Shown here: positions 34,559-45,404 of the stretch, one piece after another | Position numbering within the stretch: position 1 is the stretch's first letter | How the letters are laid out: each line of letters opens with the position of its first letter | Origin: an uncultured Planctomycetaceae bacterium | GTDB taxonomy: Bacteria > Planctomycetota > Planctomycetia > Isosphaerales > Isosphaeraceae | Direction of reading: 5' to 3' | Assembly: GCA_963833985.1 (NCBI GenBank) | Contig: CAWIAD010000002.1 | Span: 4,832,001-4,896,000, forward strand | DNA: 64,000 nucleotides | The notes under the pieces: model-generated | Databases searched by the model: none | What the model was told of the DNA's origin: nothing | What the model saw: the letters and a program-made list of their open reading frames with translations, nothing else | Translations under genes and position numbers: made by a program

Positions 34559-36547
34559 ATGGTTCTGAAGCTGGCGTGGACGGCTTGCCTTGCCCTGGTT
34601 TCTTGCGGACTGGCCAGGGTTCAAGCAGATGAACCGGTCCAGTCAAGCGTGCCGGCGAGAGGCACCACAGCAACGAGGCCATCAGAGGGGCAACTGCTGA
34701 CCCGATGGGCCAAGGAAGTCACGCCGGATCGCACGCTTCCCGAATATCCAAGACCGCAACTGGTACGACCACGCTGGCTCAACCTGAACGGTCTCTGGGA
34801 GTATGCAATTACCCCGCACCAGTCAGACCGGCCGGCCGCGTGGGACGGCAACATCCTGGTTCCGTTCCCGGTCGAATCGGCGCTCTCCGGTGTGAAGAAA
34901 GCGCTCAGGCCAGAGCAACGTCTCTGGTATCGCCGCACTTTCTCGGTGCCTGAAGACTGGGCCGGTGGTCGTGTCCTGCTTCATTTCGGCGCCGCGGACT
35001 GGCACACCACGGTGTATGTGAACGGCCGCCTACTTGGCAGCCATCGGGGCGGTTATGACGGCTTCACGTTCGACCTCACGAGTGCTCTGAGGCAGGGCGA
35101 AGCTCAGGAGCTGGTCGTTTCGATCTGGGACCCGACGGATACCTCGTGGCAGCTTCATGGCAAGCAGTCGATGCACCCCACCGGTTGCAGTTACACGGCG
35201 TCATCCGGTATCTGGCAGACCGTCTGGCTGGAACCGGTGCCGTTGACCAGCCGCATCGAAGCCGTCGCGGCGGTGCCCGACCTTGATGCCGGTCTGCTGC
35301 GCCTCAAGATCACCGGCCGAGTTGGCAACAAACCACTGAAGCTGGAGGCCAGGGTGCTTGAAGGGGGGCGATCGATCACCTCGGCCGCCGGTGTGGCTGG
35401 AATCGAGCTCTGGCCCAGCTTGCGTGAAAACAAGGTGAGCTTTTACAAGTACAGCGGCTCCTGGTTTTCCACCGAGCTTACCGTGCCGATGAAGAATGCG
35501 CGCCCCTGGTCGCCGGAAGTCCCGTTTCTCTACGATCTGACGATCACGCTCGGTGACGACGGCGCGATCGTCGACTCGGTCGGCAGCTACTTCGGCATGC
35601 GGTCGATTGGCAAGAAACCCGACCCCAAGGGCTTCACGCGCTTCCTGCTCAATGGCAAACCTACCCTGATGGCCGGCGCACTCGACCAGGGCTTCTGGCC
35701 GGATGGTCTCTACACCGCGGCCAGTGACCTGGCCCTCAAGTATGACGTCGAGCTTGCGAAGCAGGCCGGACTGAACATGATCCGCAAGCATGTGAAGGTC
35801 GAGCCCGATCGCTTTTATTACTGGTGCGACAAGCTGGGGCTGATGGTGCTACAGGACCTGCCAACCGGAAGCGAGGGAGATCCAAGAACGGACCTGCCCT
35901 CCTCGCCTGAAGCCTCGGCGCAGTGCGAACTCGAGAAACGCAGGCTGATAGAGCAGCGCTGGAATCACCCGTCAATCATCGCCTGGTGCCCGTTCAATGA
36001 GGGCTGGGGCCAGCACGACACGCTGCGCTACGCTACCTGGATCAAGGAGCTTGATCCTACGCGGCTGGTGGACGAGGCGAGCGGGTTTCCCTGGCATGGC
36101 GGCGGAGACATTCAGGACAGCCACGGCGGAACCTCGCCCCGGAACCCGCGGCAGATCGGCATCGTGAGCGAGAACGGCGGCTACGGCGTGGCGACGCCCG
36201 GCCACGACTGGCCCTGCGAGATCTGGACCTACCAGACCTTCAATCCTGCAACCGGAGGTACGATCGATGCCATGGGGAAGGGAATGAAGGGCACAAGGCT
36301 GCCGAAGCTGGATGAGAGGTCGAAAGCCTGGTTCACCAGGCATGTTGCGCGGCTCTACACCGAACTCTGGGAGCAGAAAGAGACCGGCGGCATGACCGGC
36401 CAGTTCTTCTGCCAGCTTTACGATACCGAGTCAGAGTGCGACGGACTGGTGAGCTACGACCGCGAGGTCTGGAAGGTCGATCCTGAAATCATCCGCGCCG
36501 CCGCAACCGGGCGGCTCTCGACCGAAGCGCTCAAGAGACCGGACTGA
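34559..36547 (+). CDS. Glycoside hydrolase family 2
   Basis: EYPRPQL..WLNLNGLW, LHFGAADW, SGIWQTVWLE, LDQGFWPDGLYTA, NHPSIIAWCPFNEGWGQ. Confidence 0.92.
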   Translation: MVLKLAWTACLALVSCGLARVQADEPVQSSVPARGTTATRPSEGQLLTRWAKEVTPDRTLPEYPRPQLVRPRWLNLNGLWEYAITPHQSDRPAAWDGNILVPFPVESALSGVKKALRPEQRLWYRRTFSVPEDWAGGRVLLHFGAADWHTTVYVNGRLLGSHRGGYDGFTFDLTSALRQGEAQELVVSIWDPTDTSWQLHGKQSMHPTGCSYTASSGIWQTVWLEPVPLTSRIEAVAAVPDLDAGLLRLKITGRVGNKPLKLEARVLEGGRSITSAAGVAGIELWPSLRENKVSFYKYSGSWFSTELTVPMKNARPWSPEVPFLYDLTITLGDDGAIVDSVGSYFGMRSIGKKPDPKGFTRFLLNGKPTLMAGALDQGFWPDGLYTAASDLALKYDVELAKQAGLNMIRKHVKVEPDRFYYWCDKLGLMVLQDLPTGSEGDPRTDLPSSPEASAQCELEKRRLIEQRWNHPSIIAWCPFNEGWGQHDTLRYATWIKELDPTRLVDEASGFPWHGGGDIQDSHGGTSPRNPRQIGIVSENGGYGVATPGHDWPCEIWTYQTFNPATGGTIDAMGKGMKGTRLPKLDERSKAWFTRHVARLYTELWEQKETGGMTGQFFCQLYDTESECDGLVSYDREVWKVDPEIIRAAATGRLSTEALKRPD

Positions 36548-36632
36548 GCGAGCATTCCGGCGAGGTGCCGTGCCTCATGATCGAACACCAGAGGGAGTTG
36601 GCAGCATGCGGTTCAGATAGCCTTCGATTTGG

Positions 36633-37883
36633 TTGCTGATTGCGGGCTCGATCGCCTGGCCTCTTGCGGCGATGGCTGGCGAAACCGAGGCCCGCGTGGT
36701 GAGGTGGCCGGCCGTTGGTCTGGCCGACGGACTCTGCCCGCCGAATCACGCTCCGCTCAAGCCCACGATGTTCCTGAAATTGCCGCTGGGAAGCATCAGG
36801 ACGACCAGCGAGCCCCGCGGGTCGGTTGAGAAAGAGTGGACGAACCGTCGGGAAGTCGCGGCCCAGACCGGCGTGGCCCGCCCGCGGGGGATGAGCGATT
36901 CCGTCTTCCACTGGTCCAACCCCCTGCCCTTCGCGTACACCGAGGGTCAGATCGCGCTGCGAACCGAGGTGCGCGACCCGTGCATCGTCCGTGACGGAGA
37001 TAGATATTACCTGATCCTTACCATGTGGCCATTCAGCAATCGTGAGATAAATCGGCTGGAGCGGCCGAACCAGGGCGGCTCTCCTGGCATTGCGCTTTAT
37101 TCGTCAAAAGACCTGGCGACATGGAAGTTCGAGAACTGGCTCGTGAAGTCGGCGGACCTGCCGATCGACTGCCCCTACAAGAACCGCTGCTGGGCTCCTG
37201 AGATCCACAAGCTGGGCGGCAAGTTCTACTTGATCTTCACCGCGGACAACTGGATCAAGAAATCGTACAACCCAGCCGGCTCGTGGGGCACGGCCGGCCA
37301 CGCCTTCGTGGGCGTTTCCGACACGGTCAAGGGACCTTACCGGCACATCTCTTTCATTGACGGCGGCGCCTGCGATACCACTCTGTTCGAGGACCCGGAC
37401 GGCAAGACTTACGCCTTCATTCCGCGCGGCAGTATCGACGTGCAGCAGATTGACCTGAACCAGCTCGAGAACGGGAAGGTCAGGCTCGTGGGTAAAGCGG
37501 CGACGATCGCGACGGCCGACAATCGCGATATCGGCCTGGAGGCGCGTCCCGAGTACCTGGAAGGACCCTGGGTTGAAAAGATGGGCGAGACTTATGTCCT
37601 TTTCTACGCCGAGATTTACAAGGATCCTCGCCATCCGGACCTCCTTGGCTATCGCACGGGTGCCGCGTACGCGAATCACCCGCTGGGGCCATGGACCAAG
37701 GATCCCAGGGGACAGGTGTTCTTCGGCGGACATCTCACGGTTTTCCCAGGTCCTGACGGCCGGCGCTGGTTCGCTTACAGGGGCGAAAGTCGTCGCGAGC
37801 ATCAGGGACTGCTCTGCGTCGATCCGTTCGACATGGACGCGACAGGCCGTGTGCGCTGCGGCGCGCCAGCCTGGGTCCCATGA
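36633..37883 (+). CDS. Glycoside hydrolase family 43 (five-bladed beta-propeller)
   Basis: RDPCI, SKDLATW, WAPEI, EGPW motifs; start codon uncertain. Confidence 0.85.
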   Translation: MLIAGSIAWPLAAMAGETEARVVRWPAVGLADGLCPPNHAPLKPTMFLKLPLGSIRTTSEPRGSVEKEWTNRREVAAQTGVARPRGMSDSVFHWSNPLPFAYTEGQIALRTEVRDPCIVRDGDRYYLILTMWPFSNREINRLERPNQGGSPGIALYSSKDLATWKFENWLVKSADLPIDCPYKNRCWAPEIHKLGGKFYLIFTADNWIKKSYNPAGSWGTAGHAFVGVSDTVKGPYRHISFIDGGACDTTLFEDPDGKTYAFIPRGSIDVQQIDLNQLENGKVRLVGKAATIATADNRDIGLEARPEYLEGPWVEKMGETYVLFYAEIYKDPRHPDLLGYRTGAAYANHPLGPWTKDPRGQVFFGGHLTVFPGPDGRRWFAYRGESRREHQGLLCVDPFDMDATGRVRCGAPAWVP

Positions 37884-37989
37884 CCGTCCCGCTTGCGGCC
37901 GGCCCGTGACGGGGCGGTCCTTGACCCGCGCTGACCTCTGAATAAAACAAACCGGGGTGACGCGGCCAGGATTCAGGGGCTCACAGGCG

Positions 37990-38760
37990 ATGTCGAACCA
38001 GTGCTTCTTGATCACGGGAGGCAGCGGGGGAATCGGCTCGGCGCTGGCCCGGCGGCTGGTCGAGCAAGGAGACTCGGTCGTCTTGCTGGGGCGCCGGAGC
38101 GAAGCGCTGCACGGCATTGCGACCGCACTCGGCGAGCAGGCTCTCGCCGTGCCCGGAGACGCTGGTTCCAGTGACGACCTGGGCCGGGCAGTTGCATCGG
38201 CAATAAATCGGTACGGCCGCATTGATGGTCTGGCGCACTGCGTTGGCTCGATCGTTCTGAAGCCGATTCACCTGTGTTCGCCCGAGGATTTTCTGGCGAC
38301 CCTCCAGACCAACCTGGTCACCGCCTTTCTTGCCTGCCGGGCTGTACTTCCCGAACTCCGGAAAGCAAAGTCAGGCGCAGTGGTGCTGGCCAGCACCGTG
38401 GCCGTGCGTCAAGGCATGAACAACCATGACGTGATCGCCGGGGCCAAGGGCGGGGTGGAGGCCATGGTGCGATCCGCCGCCATCACTTACGCCCGGTGGA
38501 ATATACGCTTCAACGCCGTGGCGCCGGGGATGACCGAGACGCCGCTCTCGGCTCCCTTGCTGGCAAGCGACGTCGCACGGCAGTTCAGCCAGTCGCTTCA
38601 TCCCATGGGCAGGATCGGCCAGCCTGACGAGGTCGCGTCCGCGATGGCGTTCTTGCTTGGTCCGCAATCGTCCTGGATCACCGGCCAGGTTCTGGGTGTG
38701 GACGGAGGCCTGGGCGCAGGCGTCGCCCCGGCGCGAACCATGGCCCGGGGGCAATCGTGA
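37990..38760 (+). CDS. SDR family oxidoreductase
   Basis: [32 protein letters not shown]; atypical active site (IAGAKGG). Confidence 0.9.
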   Translation: MSNQCFLITGGSGGIGSALARRLVEQGDSVVLLGRRSEALHGIATALGEQALAVPGDAGSSDDLGRAVASAINRYGRIDGLAHCVGSIVLKPIHLCSPEDFLATLQTNLVTAFLACRAVLPELRKAKSGAVVLASTVAVRQGMNNHDVIAGAKGGVEAMVRSAAITYARWNIRFNAVAPGMTETPLSAPLLASDVARQFSQSLHPMGRIGQPDEVASAMAFLLGPQSSWITGQVLGVDGGLGAGVAPARTMARGQS

Positions 38761-38781
38761 CGTTCATGCCGGCCGGGATGC

Positions 38782-41261
38782 TCAGTGCGGACCCGTCAAA
38801 AGGTTCGTCCGCGCTTTGCTTTCCAACCTGAGCTTCTCTAGCCGGCTGAGGTTGCCCGCAGTGCTCGAGCGCGCCGAGGCGGTCGCCACCTTGCCCGGGC
38901 CGGGGCCGGTTCGTGGCGGCAGCGGTTTGTCGATGCGCAGTCGGCCGGTACCCAGATGGTGCGTGATCGGTTCGCCGTTCTGGCTGATCACCACTTCACA
39001 AAACAGGTTCTTGATGTCGCCGGCCGGAGAAGCGTTTTCCGTCTGGATGTGAAAGACCATGTCCTTGCTGTCTTTGGTGATCAGGACCGGATCGGTGGTG
39101 ACCTTGTTCGGCAATCCCAGGAGCATCACCTTCGCTTGCCCCGGAAACGCCACGGCCTGGTCAATCTTCACGGCCAGGTCGACCGCCTTGCCTTGCTCTA
39201 CACTCACCGGCTTGAACGCGAGCTTGAGGAATTGCGGTGCGACCGTCAGCTTTGTGAGCCGCGACGACACCGTCAGCCGGCCGCCCCGAGCGCGCCGCCG
39301 CGCCGCGGCATCCTTGGGAGGCGGGCCCGGCGGCACCTCGGTGTAGGTGCCGTTGACTACAATCTTCCAGTGGTTCAGCTCTGCACCCGTGCTGGCATTG
39401 AGCTGGATGGTCGCCTGGTCCTGATTCTCTGCGATCACGACCTCGCGCCGGGACGAGATGCCCGGAGGGTTCCACGGCAGCGCGATGGCAATGGGTGCCG
39501 TGAAGCCGGGCTTGCGATGAGCCACCACCTTGAGTTCCATCACCCCGCCCCGAACCAGCGGAACCCGCGGCTCGATCGCGTCGATCGTGAAGGGCGCTTC
39601 CTCGGTCACGGCGACGGCCAGAGCGTCGACCGAGCGGGTCCAGAACGGGACATTGTTCTGGCCCAGGACGAGCTCGGCGGTCGAGGTGAACCTGGTCGGG
39701 ACTTCAAGCTTGGGGTCGAGCGGCCGGCCCGAGACGGCGGCCAGGGACGCCGCCAGCGGTGCGTCCGGGGAGGCTGAGAACAGCACCGGAACGACGCTCG
39801 TGCCGGCGCTCATCACGTCGGCTTCGTAGCTGACGCCGGCGGGCAGCCCGGAAGTGGCCAGGGACAGAGCGCCCGGAAATCCTCACGCGCGGCGTTGATG
39901 AGGATGGCCTGACGATTTCCCCGCGGCACGGCCAGCGCCATCACGCCGGTGCCCCGACGCAGCGATTCATTGGGCGTGCTGAGTTTCAGCTCGGGAACAA
40001 CGGGCGTGATCTCGACGCGGTAGGTGTAGTCAGGGCCGCCGTTCTTGAGCTGGTCGGACAGCGTCAAGACATACGCGCTGTCGCCGGGCGCGACGAAACG
40101 CACGTAGCTGTCCGGTCCACCGGAATCGTCGTTGCTTGCAACCCGGCCGCCGTTCCTCGAAGCGATGGAGAGCACCGAATCGAGCGGCGATCGGATCTGC
40201 CGCGCGTACACGCGGACATCGTACCTCTGGCCTTTCTTTGCCTCGAAGACGTACCGGTCCACATCACCTGGTCTGGCGATCACGCCGTTGAGCGCTACGG
40301 GCAGCGTGACTGAAGTGACTGTGGCCGCAGTGTCATTGGGTTCGACCTCGAGCGCGTTGCCGAAGGGACTGAGGCGGAACGGATTCGAGAACGGAGCGAT
40401 CCCCTGGTCGTCATGAGCCAGCAGGCCGAAGTGGCGGTCCAGGGCGGCCGGAAGGGTCAAGCGCGTGGTTTTCTCGCCCAGCACATCGCCGAACCAGCGC
40501 ACTGTGAGTGTCTCACCGAGCTTGCCTCCCGCCGGCAGCATGGCGGTCGGACGCGGGAAGTTGCCGACATGCAAGCGATACAAGCAATTGGCGTTACCCG
40601 CATAGGCGGCCTCGCGTGCGACGACGATGTATGTGCCGTCCTCCGGGGCGACCAGCGAGACCACGGCATCTTGCCAGACCAGGGCTGAATCGTCACTCGA
40701 CGCCAGCTCGAAGCGTTTGGAGTTGAGAATCGCCACGTAGGGATCGAAAAGCGTTTGCCCGAGCCGGATGCCTTCGATCTCGGCGGTGATCCGCTCGCCC
40801 TTCTTCGCCTTGACGGCGTAGTAATCGACATCCTCGCTGGCGGCCACGCCATTGACCGTCATGTTCATGGCGATGCGCTGGGGCTGCGCGAAGTCGTTAT
40901 TCGGCTCGGCTTCCGTCACTTCCGCCAGCACGCCGACGCTGAACGTCCGCAGCGCTGTGATTCCCGTGGCCGTGCGGAGCCGGAAGTCGTACAGGCCCGG
41001 CTGCACGTCCGCGTCAATCTTGAAGGTTGCCGTGATCTGATCGTCCTTGCCGGCCACAATTTTCGATGCTTTGATGCCCGGTTCGTAGAAGAGAATCTCC
41101 TTCGCATCGCCTAACCGCTGGCCGGTCAACGTGACCGCAACCTCGGTTCCCCGCCGGCCTCCCACCGGTTTCATGCTCCGGATCACAGGGCTCACCGCAT
41201 TTGCGGGCGGAGCGAGAATTGTGAGTGCAAGCACGATCAGGGCAAGCGAGAGCGCTTTCAT
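38782..41261 (-). CDS. Planctomycete PPC (pre-peptidase C-terminal) domain repeat protein with a 1-nt frameshift at ~39875
   Basis: Signal peptide; GGRRGTEV; EAEPNN...DVDYY repeats; ASNDDSGGPDS. ORFs 39813..41279 and 38782..39816 join with one added base. Confidence 0.8.
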
Positions 41262-41529
41262 GGCAGTGACACAGCCCACGAGGGAGGGAGGGAGAAGGAG
41301 AAACCGTGAGTTTGTTCGCGGTCTGACCGGGTCAGTTCGGAGGAGGCGTAATGGTTACGATTCTGCGCTACCATGAAGGCATCCGGCAAGCATCATCCCT
41401 CCTGAAGCTCAAGCAAAAGAGAAGTACTGGCGGGGACGACCGGGAGGAATGAGGCTGACCCTCAAGAAACGCCGGCCGCGTTCGTGCCACGGGTCAGAGC
41501 GAGGTCCAGGCAAGTTGAGAAGACACATC

Positions 41530-43119
41530 ATGAATCCACACAATACAAATATGCTTCGATGCATGACCATGAAACGAGCCGCGTCGGCGCGAGCGGTCTG
41601 CATGTTTCCCCTGGTCCTTTGCCTCGTTGCGACGGCCATTCCAGCGCGCGGGCAGCCGGCGACGGCCTCTGTTCCGCGATCGCTGCAAGCGGAGAATCTC
41701 AGGCCTGGCGCCAGCGACTGGCAATTGACCCGGGTGCGTCCGGACAGGGATGGATTCCGTTCGCCCTGGATTGAGGGCTACTGTTCCCGGCAGAGCGTGG
41801 GTGCGGGAGAATCGATCGCCGTCATGGTCTCGACGGACCCGCCGCGCCGGTTTCAGGCCGAGATCTTCCGGATGGGGTACTACGGTGGGCGCGGAGCGCG
41901 CTGGATGAAGACGCTCGGGCCGTTCGAAGGCAAGCTCCAGCGCCCGCCAGCCGCGGGCGCGAAGAATCTGCACGAGTGCCTGTGGGAGCCGGCTTTCCAG
42001 TTCACGATTCCCGAAGACTGGCCGAGCGGCGTTTACCTCGGCCGCCTCACTACGCTCGTCGATCCCGCGGTCGAGCCCTACTGGCAGAGCTATGTCATCT
42101 TCATCGTTCGCGACGAGCGGCCGGCCGATGTCCTGGTCCAGTGCTCCGACAACACCTGGCAGGCCTATAACCGCTGGCCCAGCAAGGACTCGCTCTACAC
42201 CCATCCCAAGGGAAATCAGGGGCCGTGGGCCGACGTCAGCTTTGACCGGCCCTACGGCCGCGAGGCCCAGTACGATGCCGTGGTCAACGACCCGCTCACC
42301 TTTGGATCCGGTGAGTTTCTGCCTCTCGAGTTCCCGCTCGTTTACTGGCTGGAAGCGCAGGGTTACGACGTGACATACTGCTCGAACAGCGACATGCTGG
42401 TGCCGGAACGCGGACTCAAGTGCAGGTCGTTCATCAGCGTGGGGCACGACGAGTACTGGAACATTCGCCAGTTGCAGAGCGTGACGGCCCTGCGCGATGC
42501 GGGTGTGAGCCTGCTCTTTCTCTCTGGCAATGCCATCTGCTGGGTGGCACCATTCCGCGCCGCGGCGGACGGGCGGCCGAACCGGATACTCTACCGCGGC
42601 GGACCCTTCGGCGGCGGCAGGCCGCATGCGGTCCAGCGGGACAGGGAGCACGGGCCCTTCCCCGAGCATGGCCCCGACGAGGGACTGCTGCTGGGAGCGC
42701 GGAACGTCGAGCCGGTCAATGGCGGAGGCGACTGGGTGGTGCTGCAACCGAAGCACTGGATCTTCGCGGGGACAGGCATGAAGGCCGGCGACCGGATCCC
42801 GGGGCTGGTCGGCTGGGAGTATCATGGCGATCCGGCCGCGATCGCCGGGCTGGTAGTCGTGGCGGGAGGAACCGCCTGGGTCGGCGGCGAGAAACCCCAG
42901 CGCTGGACGGCGACCATCTACGAGGGTCCGAAGGGGAACTTCGTCTTCAATGCCGCGACCATCTTCTGGGCCCAGGGGCTCTCCGCACCGCCCGGCCACA
43001 CCCTGCCCTGGTCGCACGGCTCACGGCCGCACGGGCCGGACCGGCGGGTTCAAACGATCACGCGGAACCTGCTCGATCGGGCGATCGGCAAGCAAGCTCG
43101 CGAGCGGACGGGCCGTTGA
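41530..43119 (+). CDS. N,N-dimethylformamidase beta-subunit-like (DUF6605-type) secreted protein
   Basis: IEGYCS, RMGYYGGRGAR, SGVYL, NTWQAYN, VSFDRPY, VGHDEYW, FLSGN; start uncertain. Confidence 0.8.
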   Translation: MNPHNTNMLRCMTMKRAASARAVCMFPLVLCLVATAIPARGQPATASVPRSLQAENLRPGASDWQLTRVRPDRDGFRSPWIEGYCSRQSVGAGESIAVMVSTDPPRRFQAEIFRMGYYGGRGARWMKTLGPFEGKLQRPPAAGAKNLHECLWEPAFQFTIPEDWPSGVYLGRLTTLVDPAVEPYWQSYVIFIVRDERPADVLVQCSDNTWQAYNRWPSKDSLYTHPKGNQGPWADVSFDRPYGREAQYDAVVNDPLTFGSGEFLPLEFPLVYWLEAQGYDVTYCSNSDMLVPERGLKCRSFISVGHDEYWNIRQLQSVTALRDAGVSLLFLSGNAICWVAPFRAAADGRPNRILYRGGPFGGGRPHAVQRDREHGPFPEHGPDEGLLLGARNVEPVNGGGDWVVLQPKHWIFAGTGMKAGDRIPGLVGWEYHGDPAAIAGLVVVAGGTAWVGGEKPQRWTATIYEGPKGNFVFNAATIFWAQGLSAPPGHTLPWSHGSRPHGPDRRVQTITRNLLDRAIGKQARERTGR

Positions 43120-43140
43120 TCGGTCCAGATCGTTCGCAGC

Positions 43141-45368
43141 TCACACCCATCCATGCCGTTTCCGCAGCCACCATTCCAGGGTGAGGAGGGCGGCGAAGAC
43201 GAGCAGAAAGGGCCAGTTGTCCCAGACCCTGTGCTCGGTGGGACTGAGGTACTCGGTATAGCCTGACTGGTCGATGCCCTTGACGTACTTGCCCAGCGCT
43301 TCCAGGGCGACCGCCTCTCCACCGGTGATCTCGGCGATCTGTCGCGCAAGCGCCAGGTCCGCGGAGGGGTTCTCCAGCTCACGGTCGTCCTGGTAGACCA
43401 GGAAGCGGGACGAGTCGCGGCCGACCTCCTGACCGTTCTGGCTGGCGACGACCGAGATCTTGTAGTCGCCGGGCTGACCGGTGGCCGGATAGGAACCCTT
43501 GGCCTCGTCGCCCTGGGTGTAGAGTTCGACGGGCTCGGGCGTGGGGCTCAAACCCTCGCGCTCAACCTTCGTCACATAGGTCAGGCCGGTCAGAGGAGAC
43601 CCCTTGGCGTCGCGGGCGGTGACCGTCAGGTCCACCGTCTGGCCCACGCTCAAACGCCTGCGGTCGAGCACCAGCTTGACCTGGTTGTCTCCCTGATTTT
43701 CCTTGTGCGAGAGCCAGAAGATCACCTGTCTCCAGAACTTGCGATGGGCAATCCGGCCTTCCTCCATGCCCCGGGCCCAGACCCAGGTGTCGCCACCGTA
43801 GGCGATCACGCGCCCTGCCCCCGGGCCGTCCATGGAGACCAGGAGCGGCTCGGGATGGTCGCCCGGCGTTTGGGCGAGGATCTCGGCACCCTTTTTCGGC
43901 TCTCCAAAGCGGTTCGTGCCCAGAATCGGCGGCAGCATGTCCCACAGCTTGGCTGTCTCGGCGCGGGTGGCGCCGATCTGGAGCAGGTAGCTGGTCAGGC
44001 CGTTGTTGCTGGGCACGAACTTGATGCCGCCTTCCGGTTCGAGCTGTCCGTCGCCAGGATGGATCTCGACCGGCAAGATGTCCGCGAGGTCGGTCTGGGC
44101 CCAGCCTCCCGCGCCGAAGCTGGTGCGGCCGCCCAGCATCATCAGCCCCGCGCCACCCTTCACGGCCTCGGCCAGGAGCCGGTGCTGGTGCGGGGCCAGC
44201 AAGTCGGCCGGCAGATCGCTCAGGACATAGACGTTGTAACGGCCCTTGGCGAACTCGGCGTCGTCGATCTCGCTGGCCTCGCCCCGCGCGGGTCGGCGGA
44301 TCACCACGCCTTCCACCTGAATGTCCCGCGACGTCATGATCGACCGCATCAGGAAGCGGTAGTCCCAGGTGAAGTTCGGGCCTTGCAGGAACATGACGTT
44401 GAGCCCGCCGCTGAGGACCGTGACGAACGTGCTCATCTCGTTGTTCGTGGTGACGAGCTCTCCCTCCAGCGGCGTGACCTTGATGGTGACCTTCTTCTCA
44501 CCGGGTGTCTGGGGAATCATCTTCAGGCCGGTGATCGGCACGGTGGTCGCGCCCTCGGGGACGCGCACCTGGGTCTTGGCCGCGGACTGGCCATCGATCA
44601 GGAGCTCCACCTCGATTGGCTTGTTCGCGAAGCCGCGTGCCATGAGCGTGCCGCGCACTTCCATCTGGTTCTTGACAAAGACGGTGAGGCCGGTGGCAAT
44701 GTCGCGAACGGCGATGTCCCTGGAGCCCGAGGCGGCCTTCTCGGTTCCCAGCCCCACGGTCACCGCCGGAACCTGCTGGTCGCGCAGCCGCGCACGGCGA
44801 CCAGGGGATTGAGACCGTTGTTGGAGGCGAAGTCAGAGAGGATCACCATCCGCGCGATGTGCTTGTTGTTCTGGGCCTCGCGCTTCTCGGCCTCGAGCAT
44901 GGCAGGACCGAGGTCGGTCTCGTGGCCTTCGGGCTGGACGGCCTTATCGTCGAGCTTCGCCTCGCGCAGGTTGGAGTCGAACTGGTAGACCTTGACTTCC
45001 AGGTTCGGACCCAGCGACTTCGCGGTCTCGAGCGCCTGGTCCAGCGCCGCGCGGGCCACGGTCCACCGCGACTGTCCGCGCAACTCGTCGCCGGAGAGCA
45101 TGCTGGTGCTCGAATCGAGCAGGAAGACCAGTGAGGCGGCCTGCTTCTTCTTCTCCTGAAGGATGACTGACGGCCGCAGGGCGGCGAGCAGGCAGAGCAG
45201 AAGTGCCAGCAACCGGAGGCCGAGGGCGAACCAGCGCCAGGCTCCGCTCGAACCGCGCAGCTTGCGCAGGTAGGCCCAGAGCGTGAGCACCAGGACCAGG
45301 AGCGCGGCTGCGACCAGAAGCACCCAGGGGCCAATCGGATTGAGGCTGACGCTGATCGTCTTGAGCAT
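43141..45368 (-). CDS. vWA-like + glutamine amidotransferase-like (GATase1-like) membrane protein with a 1-nt frameshift at ~44790
   Basis: N-terminal TMs, LLDSSTSM, ILSD; GLMMLGG..SFGAGGW; C-terminal LLTLEWWLRKRHG. Two ORFs join by adding one C. Confidence 0.82.
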
Positions 45369-45404
45369 AGTGGTCGATCGGAGAGGAGGCGAAGGGTCAG
45401 GAAC

